Shown piece by piece: positions 56,095 through 64,000 of a DNA stretch of 64,000 bases (its first letter is position 1; each line of letters begins with the position of its first letter). This stretch comes from an uncultured Gemmatimonadales bacterium (lineage in GTDB: Bacteria > Gemmatimonadota > Gemmatimonadetes > Gemmatimonadales > GWC2-71-9), in assembly GCA_963825055.1 (NCBI GenBank), contig CAWGSK010000009.1, positions 192,001 to 256,000 of the forward strand, given 5' to 3'. A model generated the notes under the pieces. That model worked only from the letters and a program-made list of their open reading frames with translations, ran no database searches and was not told the origin of the DNA. The position numbers were made by a program, and so were the translations under genes.

Positions 56095-58489
56095 TCAGTC
56101 GTTGCCGAGGGCCCGGGCCGCCGCCTTGCGGATTTCCGGGTCGCTGTCCTTGAGGGCCTGAACCATCATGTCCAGGGCAGCCGGATCACGGATCTCGCTG
56201 AGGGCCTGGATGGCCGCTCGGCGGACCGCGGGTTCCGTGTCCTTGATGGCGGCAGCCAGGGCGGACACGGCGGCGGGGTCGGCGATCTCGCGCAGGGCAT
56301 GGGCGGCCGCCTCACGGACCTTCGCGTCCTTGTCCCGAAGGGCGTCGATCAGGGCCTTCGGCGCCTGGTGAACATCGTTGATCTGGCCCAGGGCCCACGC
56401 GGCGCTGCGCCGGACCCCGACATCGCTGTCCGCGAGCGCCGTCGCGAGTCCTTCGGCAGCCTGGGGGCTCTCGATCTGACCCAGCGCCCACGCGGCAGTC
56501 TTGCGAACCTCCGCGTTGCTGTCACGGAGCGCCGCGACGAGCGCGGCGACGGCATCGGCGCTCTCGATCTGCCCGAGCGACCATGCCGCTTCCTTGCGGA
56601 CCTCGGCATCGGCATCACGCAGCATCGGAACGAGCCAGGACACAGCTTCGGGGCTTTCGATCTCGCCCAGGGCATGCAGCGCGCTGCGGCGTACTTCGGC
56701 GTTCGAATCCTTGAGCGCCGCACCGAGCGCCTGCACCGCTGCCGGATCCTCGATCTGCCCCAGGGCCCATGCCGCCATCCGGCGGGCCTCCGGGTCGGCA
56801 TCCTTCAGGACCGTGATCAGTCCGGGGACCGCGCTCCGGTCCTCGATCTGCCCCAGGGCCCATCCGGCCATCCGGCGCACCTCACCATCGGAATCCTCGA
56901 GGGCCTCCACCAGGACGCCAACCGCGGAGGCGTTCTCGATCTGGCCGAGTGCCCAGGCGGCTTTACGCCGGACCTCGGCATCCTTGTCCGAACGGAGTGC
57001 CTCACCCAGGGCCGGCACACCGCGAGCGTCTTCGAGTTGCCCCAGTGCCCAGGCCGCGCTTCTGCGGACTTCGACATCGGCATCGGTGCGAAGCGCCTGC
57101 GACAGGGCGCCGACCACCGTCGAGTCGCCGGACTCGCCCAGGGACCGGGCTACGGCACGGCGCACGCCGGCGTCGGAGTCACGGAGCGCCGTCACGAGGG
57201 ACGCCATGGCCCCAGCGGGAACGAGCCTGGGGCTCTGTGCCGGGGCGGGTTCCCCGGTACTGGTGGAAGCATCCACCTGGACATCGGTATTCGTCGTGAC
57301 GCTCAGTGTCGTGTTCGTGCTGATATTGGTGGTGCTCGTGCTGGTGCCGGTCTTCGGCTCCCCGGTCATGGAGCCGGGACTGGTCGACGGACCCTCGAGC
57401 ACGACCTGCTCCGCCCGCTCTGCGCGAACGGGGATGATGGCTGCCAGGGGAAGAGCGATTGCACCGGCCAGCATGAGGCCTGCAAGGCTCCCGCCAACTG
57501 CCAGGCCACGGCGGTCCCGGCCGGGGGCGAGGATCTCCAGCAGCCGTCCCTCAAAGTCGGAACGTTGCGCCATGGGGAGTGCGGCCAGCGGCGCGCGCCG
57601 TTCGCCCGCCCCGCGCACGATGTCGAGCAGGTGCTGCGCGTAATCGGACGCCCGCGTACCGCAGGCGAGGACCAGGTCGTCACAGGCGCGCTCGCTCTCC
57701 GCCCGGAAGCGGCGCAGCGCTGACCAGACCAGCGGATGGAACCAGTACGCTGCCGCGACCAGCCGGACCAGGAAATGCCAGGCGATGTCGTGCCGGCGCA
57801 CGTGTGCCAGTTCGTGGAGAAGGACTGCCTCTCGCCGATCGGGCTGCCAGTCGGCGGCTCCATCGGGCAGCACCACGACGGGGCGGAGGATGCCGGAGGT
57901 AATCGGCATCGTGACGTCCCCGCTGACCCGGAGGTCCACATCGCGGCGGATCCCGAGCCGGAGCGCCGCGGCGTCCAGCACGTCGGCCCACTCCGGGTCA
58001 CGAACCTGCCGCGCACGACCAACCAGGCGGCGGGCCTGGATCGTGCCCACACCCAGTCGCCCCACCACGATCAGGGCGCCCAGGGCCCAGAGGGTGAACA
58101 GCAGCGGCAGGGCATCAGTGGGGGAAGACGTAGTGGCGGATCCTGCGGCCGACTGTGCCGACTGCGTCTCCGGCACTCCGATCGCCGGCGTCACTCGCCG
58201 GCTCGCCGTCCCGGTCGGAGCGGAGCGGCGTTTCCGCCCCGGCGCCGCGTGGTGCGGCCGGCGGAAGCAGGCCGACGCGCCAGGGCATGACCGCTGGCAC
58301 GAGCGGCAGGAGGATGAGGATCGCGAGCCCGAGCCCCCAGGCGAAGTTGCGCGTCGCTGCCGAGGCGCGGCGCAGCACCACTACCGCGGCGAACGTCAGG
58401 AGAAGCAGCATGGTCCCCTTGATGACCATGTCGGGAAACAGGGGCCAGAGCCCGGTGGGCTGGAGGAGGGTATCAATGGAGTATGGCAT
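56095..58489 (-). CDS. BlaR1-like M56 metallopeptidase with 12 HEAT/PBS repeats, frameshifted in the linker (~58130-58260)
   Basis: N-terminal TMs with RRASAA-x-R, HELAHVRRHD, WFHPL, ERACD; C-terminal D-x-EVRR-x-AAWALGQ repeats. Confidence 0.88.
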
Positions 58490-58491
58490 CC

Positions 58492-58872
58492 TCAGCGCCC
58501 CTCCTTCCGGGCCTGACGGGTACGTTCGGCCAGGCGTTCGAGATCGCCCGGTGTAAGATCGGCTTCCGACATCTGCATGAGGGCCGCGACGGCCTGCTCG
58601 GCGGAACCTCCGAAGAAGGTCTGCAGCAGGTGCTGCAGGGCATCCCGCCGGGCCCGCTCCCTGGCCACGGCCGGCAGGTAGACGTAACGCGGCCCGTCTT
58701 CCCGATGTTTCACATGGCCCTTTTCCTCCAGGACACGCAGCGTGGCACGGACGGCGGAATAACTCGGCGGATCCGCCAGGCCGTCCATGACTTCACTGAC
58801 CGTCCCCTCTCCCCGCTGGTAGAGGATGTCCATGATCTGCCGCTCGCGACGGCTGAGCTTCTGATCCTGCAT
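58492..58872 (-). CDS. BlaI/MecI/CopY family repressor
   Basis: LSRRERQIM, YSAVR..L..LEEKG, FFGGS. Confidence 0.93.
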   Translation of the reverse strand: MQDQKLSRRERQIMDILYQRGEGTVSEVMDGLADPPSYSAVRATLRVLEEKGHVKHREDGPRYVYLPAVARERARRDALQHLLQTFFGGSAEQAVAALMQMSEADLTPGDLERLAERTRQARKEGR

Positions 58873-58895
58873 GCGACTCCTCCGGAGGTAGCCTA

Positions 58896-58950
58896 TGCTG
58901 AAAATACAGCAGTATGCTGATTATTTAGCACGTATGCGATACGCTGTCAA
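58896..58950 (-). promoter_or_regulatory. Tandem BlaI-type operators and -35 box
   Basis: TGCTG-N6-CAGCA (58896-58911), TGCTG-N6-TAGCA (58915-58930), TTGACA on the minus strand at 58950-58945. Confidence 0.75.
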
Positions 58951-59244
58951 GGGCCGACTGGGCCCCCGGGTCGGGTCCCGATGTCCCTCCGGATCTTCTT
59001 AAACCGCTGGGAGATAACGGCTTGTACAACCTGCGGGCCGGTGACCTCCATCACGTGCTTTGCTGTGCCATCTTGCTACCTTTTAAGGCAGTGCAGTATA
59101 GAAACGCCCGGGGAGAGGTGACCGGAACCGCCGGCACCCTGGATCCTCGCTGGTCGCACGAGAAACCGCTTGCGCACCTGATCGCGCGATCCGTGGCTGT
59201 TTTGACATCCGACCATCATCAGGGCAACCAGCAAAGGGGGATCT

Positions 59245-60729
59245 ATGAGTTTGAAAACGCTCTCCATGACCGTGCTCTGCGCAGCTGTCCTGGCCGTCCC
59301 GGCCATGGCGCAGAACGCAGGCAACGTGGAGCTGGCAGGGTTCGCGAGTTATACGCGTTTTGATGAAAGCCTCCAACTCGACAAGAAGATCGGCGGCGGG
59401 GGACTCATCGGCCTCTTCTTCGCGAACAATCTCGCGCTGGAAGCCGAGGGGATGTACACCAAGACGCATCGCGATCCCAGCGGTACGGATGTCAAGTACT
59501 TCCCGATCCGGGCCCGCCTGACGTACAACATTCCGCTGGGCGGCTATTCCGCCTTCCTGCTCGGCGCCGGCGGTGTTCGCGCGAAGTTCTCCAGCGATTA
59601 CGCTCCGCTCGACTTTACCGACTACGGCGCCACCGGCCTCGCGGGCTTCCGCCTGGGGCTGAGCGACCACGTCGGCCTCCGGATCGACGGGACGATCGAC
59701 TATATCCCAAGCCCCGAAAACGAGGCGCCTGAGACGATCACGAGCCCCGGGGTAAGCCGGAACATCCACTACGGCGTCCGGGCTGGCCTGAGCTTCCTCG
59801 TCGGCAGCCGCGGTCCGAAGGACTCTGACAAGGACGGCGTCGCCAACGAGTTCGATCAGTGTCCCGATACCCCGATGGGTGACCGGGTCGACGGCGCTGG
59901 CTGTTCGCTCCCGAAGGATTCGGACGGCGACGGCATTCTCGACAAGAACGACAAGTGCGCCAATACGCCCGCCGGCGTCCGGGTCGACACCTCCGGTTGC
60001 GAGGTGAAGGATTCCGACAACGACGGCGTGATGGACAACGTCGACAAGTGCCCGAACACGCCGGCCGGAGTCCAGGTCGACGGAACGGGCTGCCCGAAGG
60101 ATGCCGACAACGACGGCGTCATGGATGGCATGGACAAGTGCCCGAATACGCCGGCCGGTGCCAAGGTCGACACGACGGGTTGCTCTGTCGATGCCGATGG
60201 CGACGGCGTCACCGACGCCGCCGATCGCTGCCCGAATACCCCGGCCGGTACCAAGGTCGACGGGTCGGGTTGCCCCATCACCGACAGCGATAAGGACGGC
60301 ATTGCGGACAGCAATGACAAGTGCCCGGGTACGCCCGCCGGCCTGCTGGTCGGGCCGAACGGCTGCGTGATTCTATTCGAGGAAGGCAAGAACAGCGTCA
60401 CCCTCGAGGGCGTCACGTTCGAGCTGAACAAGGCGAGCCTGACCCTCAATGCCCAGAAGGTGCTGGACCTCGTAGCCGCGTCACTGAAGGCCAGCAAGGG
60501 CTTCAACGTCGAGGTTGCAGGACACACTGACAGCACCGGCGGCCGCAGCCTCAACATGCGGCTCTCGGACGCCCGCGCCAAGTCCGTCAAGGACTACCTT
60601 GTGAAGAAGGGCGTGGATGCCAGCCGGTTGACCGCGAAGGGATATGGTCCTGACCGTCCGGTGGCGACGAACAAGACGCCGGAAGGCCGGGCCCAGAACC
60701 GTCGGGTCGAGCTGATCAAGATGGACTAG
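59245..60729 (+). CDS. OmpA family protein with six thrombospondin type-3-like repeats
   Basis: Signal peptide, N-terminal barrel, D-x-D-x-DG..D-x-CP-x-TP x6, GHTD...LS-x-x-RA...NRRVE. Confidence 0.93.
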   Translation: MSLKTLSMTVLCAAVLAVPAMAQNAGNVELAGFASYTRFDESLQLDKKIGGGGLIGLFFANNLALEAEGMYTKTHRDPSGTDVKYFPIRARLTYNIPLGGYSAFLLGAGGVRAKFSSDYAPLDFTDYGATGLAGFRLGLSDHVGLRIDGTIDYIPSPENEAPETITSPGVSRNIHYGVRAGLSFLVGSRGPKDSDKDGVANEFDQCPDTPMGDRVDGAGCSLPKDSDGDGILDKNDKCANTPAGVRVDTSGCEVKDSDNDGVMDNVDKCPNTPAGVQVDGTGCPKDADNDGVMDGMDKCPNTPAGAKVDTTGCSVDADGDGVTDAADRCPNTPAGTKVDGSGCPITDSDKDGIADSNDKCPGTPAGLLVGPNGCVILFEEGKNSVTLEGVTFELNKASLTLNAQKVLDLVAASLKASKGFNVEVAGHTDSTGGRSLNMRLSDARAKSVKDYLVKKGVDASRLTAKGYGPDRPVATNKTPEGRAQNRRVELIKMD

Positions 60730-60793
60730 CCGTTCAACCCATTGAACGCACACCAGCCGCGTCGGGCCCTGCCCGGCGCGGCTGTTGTATTAC

Positions 60794-61753
60794 CTATACC
60801 CCGCGCGGGGAGGTTGGCGCCTGGGGCCTGGGCGCGGGACGGAAGGATGTGCTCGAGGTGATGAAGGCAACCGCGGCCACGATGACCACCATCGCGATGA
60901 GGCTCCGGGCCGTCAGCGCCTCACCCGCCAGCACCCAGCCGAGGAAGACCGCGACCACCGGGTTCACATAGGCATAGGTCGCCACCTGCGTCGGCCGCAC
61001 GGTGCGCAGCAGGTAGGCATAGGAGGAAAACCCGATCAGGGCCCCGAATACCACGAGGTAGGCCAGCGCCAGCCAGGAACGCAGCGTCACCTGCGACGCG
61101 TCGAAGGCCTGGAAGTCTCCGTGGAATGCCGCCACCACGAGAAGCCCGGCGCCCCCCGACAGCATCTGCAGCGCGATGGCCAGCCGGGGCGTCCCGGGGT
61201 TGTCGCCGTGCCGGGTCAGCAGGGACCCCGCCGCCCAGCAGAATGTCCCCAGCAGCAGCACTGAGCCGCCAACCAGATCCACGGGTTCCCCGAGGGTCGC
61301 GTCGGCCGGGCCCAGCAGCAGGAAGAGGCCTGCCGTCCCGGCCACGAGTCCCGCCCCGACGCGCCAGTCCGGTCGGCGCCCGTTGGGGAGGAGCCACTCG
61401 AGCAGGACAATCCAGAGCGGTACCATCGCCACGATCAGGGCGGCCACGCCGCTTGGAATGCGCTGCTCCGACCACACTACCGAGCCGTTGCCGAGCAGGA
61501 AGAGGAGCGAACCCACCGCCGCCGTGGTAAGAAGTTGCCGGCGCGTGATTCGAAACGGTCCCGCGAGCCTCGCCCACCCCAGCAGGATCCCGCCGGCCAC
61601 CAGGAACCGGGTACCGGCCATCAGGAACGGGGGCAGCGACTGAATCGCGAAGAGGATGGCGAGGTACGTCGATCCCCAGATGACGTACACTGCGGCGAAC
61701 GCGAGGAGGATTGCTCCCCGGCTGAGAGGACGTCCGGACGGCGGGCTCGGCAT
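60794..61753 (-). CDS. EamA/DMT family transporter (YedA-like)
   Basis: VYVIWGSTY, RF-x-x-AG, YAYVNPVVAV; about 10 TMs. Confidence 0.92.
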   Translation of the reverse strand: MPSPPSGRPLSRGAILLAFAAVYVIWGSTYLAILFAIQSLPPFLMAGTRFLVAGGILLGWARLAGPFRITRRQLLTTAAVGSLLFLLGNGSVVWSEQRIPSGVAALIVAMVPLWIVLLEWLLPNGRRPDWRVGAGLVAGTAGLFLLLGPADATLGEPVDLVGGSVLLLGTFCWAAGSLLTRHGDNPGTPRLAIALQMLSGGAGLLVVAAFHGDFQAFDASQVTLRSWLALAYLVVFGALIGFSSYAYLLRTVRPTQVATYAYVNPVVAVFLGWVLAGEALTARSLIAMVVIVAAVAFITSSTSFRPAPRPQAPTSPRGV

Positions 61754-61868
61754 GGCCGGCAAAAATAAGCCCGGAACGGGACGGGGGAAACGGCCGCCCT
61801 CGCCCACTTCCGGTCCGTCCCCTACCTTCCGGGGGATCGTCACACATCCCTGACACCCGGAGCCGGAC

Positions 61869-63416
61869 GTGGCCGAACCGCGCGCCTGGATCGCGGAAGG
61901 CATCACCGCGAGAATTCTCGCGTTGGAGGGACTGGAGGCCGCCGTCGCCCGGCGCGACGCCGCCGCGCAGGAAGCGGTGCGCCGCCTCGCGCGAAACCTG
62001 CGAACCCTCGGCCCCGCCAGCGGCAGCCGCCAGCTCGGCGCGGAGGCCGCCAGGCTCGAGTCGGCCACCCCGGCCGCAATGCGGCAGCGTCTCTCGGAGT
62101 TCCTGAGCTTCCTCCGTGGCCTGGTGCATGAAGAATCGGGCGGACGACTGCGGCTCCTGCTCGTGGAGCCCGACACCCTGACTGCGAAACTGCTGGAAGC
62201 GGCGCTCGCGGCGCCCACGCGGGCCATCACGGTGGCGGGTTCGATTGCCGCCGCCCTGGAGGCGATCGCGGAGCACGAGGTCGCACTGATCCTGCTCGAG
62301 CTGGTGCTGCCTGACGGGGATGGCCGGCAGCTCCTCGGACGGCTGAGGGAATCCCCGGCCACCGCGGGGATCCCGATCTTCGTCCTCGCGCCGCGCCTGG
62401 GGGACCAGCCGCGCGCGGAATGCTACGCACTGGGGGCGGACGCGCTGTTCGACAAGCCCCCGGATACGGGAGTCATCGCCGCGGCCGTCGCGTCCCGGCT
62501 CCAGCGGGCAGGTGAGACGGCATTCGAATCCCGCCATGACTCGCTGACCGGCCTGCCGAACAGGGCCTCCTTCTACGAGACCTTCGACCGGCTGCGTGCC
62601 ATGGCCGTGCGGGGAGGCGCCCCGCTGTCCCTCGCACTGCTCCAGCTCGATCCGCGACCCGGCGCGACAACTGACGGGCGGATGCCGGACGAGTTGCTCC
62701 GGCGTACCGCCAGCCTCCTCAGCATGGGGTTCCGCGATACCGACCTCGTGGCGCGGTGGGGGGGCGACACCTTCGCCCTGCTCCTTCCCCGGGCGGGCGC
62801 CGCCGATGGCCGGCGGGCGCTCGAGAAATTCCAGGCACGGCTGGGCGGGGAACGCTTCGAAGATGATCAGGGCGACTACTCACCGTCCTGCTCCGCCGGC
62901 ATCGTGGAGGTTCTGCCGGGCCAGCCGGTCGACATGTTGCTCAACCAGGCCAACCGCCTCCTCTACGCCGCGCGGAGCGCAGGCGGCCACCGGCTGCTCG
63001 TCGGCGACGCACCGTTGTCCCTGCCGGAGCGCCGGATCCTGCTTGCCCAGGGTGACCCCTACATTGCCGGCGCCATCTCCCGCAGACTCGAGCGGGAAGG
63101 CTTCCAGGTGTTGCATCACCCCGACGGGGCGGCCGCGCTGCAGTGCGCCGGCGCCACGGATGTGTCGCTGGTCATGGTGGACGTGGACCTGCCCAGGATC
63201 GACGGATTCAGCCTGGTCAGGCAGTTACGCGCCATGACAGCCCACCAGAACACCCCGGTACTCATGCTCGCAGGACTCGGGGAGGAGGCACACATCGTGC
63301 GTGCATTCGAGGCGGGGGCGGACGACTACCTGCTCAGGCCGTTCGCCTCGCCCGAACTGATCGCGAGGGTGCGCCGCCTGCTCACCCCCGCGCAGATCCC
63401 GAACCGGGGAGCATGA
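61869..63416 (+). CDS. Hpt-like/REC/degenerate GGDEF/REC protein
   Basis: HDSLTGLPNR, RDTD...RWGGDTF, two receiver domains. Confidence 0.85.
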   Translation: MAEPRAWIAEGITARILALEGLEAAVARRDAAAQEAVRRLARNLRTLGPASGSRQLGAEAARLESATPAAMRQRLSEFLSFLRGLVHEESGGRLRLLLVEPDTLTAKLLEAALAAPTRAITVAGSIAAALEAIAEHEVALILLELVLPDGDGRQLLGRLRESPATAGIPIFVLAPRLGDQPRAECYALGADALFDKPPDTGVIAAAVASRLQRAGETAFESRHDSLTGLPNRASFYETFDRLRAMAVRGGAPLSLALLQLDPRPGATTDGRMPDELLRRTASLLSMGFRDTDLVARWGGDTFALLLPRAGAADGRRALEKFQARLGGERFEDDQGDYSPSCSAGIVEVLPGQPVDMLLNQANRLLYAARSAGGHRLLVGDAPLSLPERRILLAQGDPYIAGAISRRLEREGFQVLHHPDGAAALQCAGATDVSLVMVDVDLPRIDGFSLVRQLRAMTAHQNTPVLMLAGLGEEAHIVRAFEAGADDYLLRPFASPELIARVRRLLTPAQIPNRGA

Positions 63417-63790
63417 TGCGACTGCTGGTAGTGGATGATGACGCCGACGTCCTGCAGCGAATTATCCGGACACTGACGCAGGTCGATGGCTTCGAGGCCA
63501 TCGGCTGCACCAGCGGCGTCGAGGCGCTGGCACGCGCTCGTGCCGAACCACCCGACGCCATCCTGCTTGACCTGATGATGCCGACCATGAGCGGCCCCGC
63601 CTTCCTCGAGCGCCTGCAGCGCGACGGCTCGGGACGCGAGATCCCGGTCATTCTCCTGACGGCCGCCGACCCGGAAGCCGTCGCCAGCATCGTCGGGGCA
63701 CGCGGCGTGATCCGGAAGCCTTTCGACGTGATCGGGCTCGGAGCCGAAGTCCGTCGGATCCTGGACATGCCACCCCTGCCTGCCTCCTGA
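63413..63790 (+). CDS. Single-domain response regulator
   Basis: VVDDD, LLDLMMP, LTA, KPF; ATGA overlap. Confidence 0.92.
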   Translation: MMRLLVVDDDADVLQRIIRTLTQVDGFEAIGCTSGVEALARARAEPPDAILLDLMMPTMSGPAFLERLQRDGSGREIPVILLTAADPEAVASIVGARGVIRKPFDVIGLGAEVRRILDMPPLPAS

Positions 63791-63794
63791 CCCT

Positions 63795-63829
63795 TTCGAC
63801 CTCCGACCTTCGACCTTCGACCTCCGTCC
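63795..63829. repeat. 7-bp tandem repeat (TYCGACC) about x5
   Basis: TTCGACC TCCGACC TTCGACC TTCGACC TCCGTCC. Confidence 0.85.
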
Positions 63830-63925
63830 CTCCAGCTTGACGCGCGCCGCCTCAACCCCGACACTCAGGGGCACGTCAGGCGTGCCACCGGCCCTGCCGA
63901 CCCTCCCCGAAAGGAAAGTCCCGCA

Positions 63926-64000
63926 ATGAGCGAACCCGCGCGGGTGGAATACGTCCGGAGCCTCGGCCTGTTCTCCGCCACGATGGTCGTGGTGGGTGGC
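63926..64000 (+). CDS. APC family amino-acid permease (5' end only)
   Basis: AAGGA RBS; MSEPARVEYVRSLGLFSATMVVVGG; runs off the window edge. Confidence 0.7.
   Translation, partial: MSEPARVEYVRSLGLFSATMVVVGG

Noticed and set aside
56095..57200. ~93-bp periodic DNA repeats (also ~87-bp repeats at 59820-60370)
   Set aside because: Explained by protein HEAT and TSP3-like repeats
58950..59244. Riboswitch or sRNA upstream of the ompA-like gene
   Set aside because: No recognisable aptamer consensus; the gap is accounted for by divergent promoters and a 5' UTR

Overview
High-GC bacterial chromosomal segment; the gene repertoire suggests Gemmatimonadota (inference). It holds about 55 mostly housekeeping or accessory genes: glutamine-dependent NAD synthetase, Fluc/DUF190, a PLP decarboxylase, a TPR-glycoside hydrolase plus TPR/beta-barrel pair, an unusual ABC transporter with an AttH/CrtC-like domain, a two-domain multicopper oxidase, mntR-mntH, a DNA adenine methyltransferase plus SNF2-like helicase pair, pit/DUF47, Moco accessory genes, a nine-gene arginine operon, a BlaI/M56-HEAT module, OmpA and two-component genes. 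I found no rRNA, tRNA, CRISPR array or mobile element. The best candidate for a new system is the arg operon (44668-54012). It lacks argA and argJ but carries a DUF1611/DgcN-like gene between argG and argC, a candidate non-orthologous N-acylglutamate synthase. Its ArgF' has Val at the acetyl/succinyl specificity position 92, which points to succinylated intermediates. Four genes are frameshifted and ~33.4-34.0 kb looks corrupted, which suggests sequence errors. Short 7-8 bp tandem repeats, often as inverted pairs, fill many intergenic gaps. All protein calls come from motif recognition by eye; no database searches were run.
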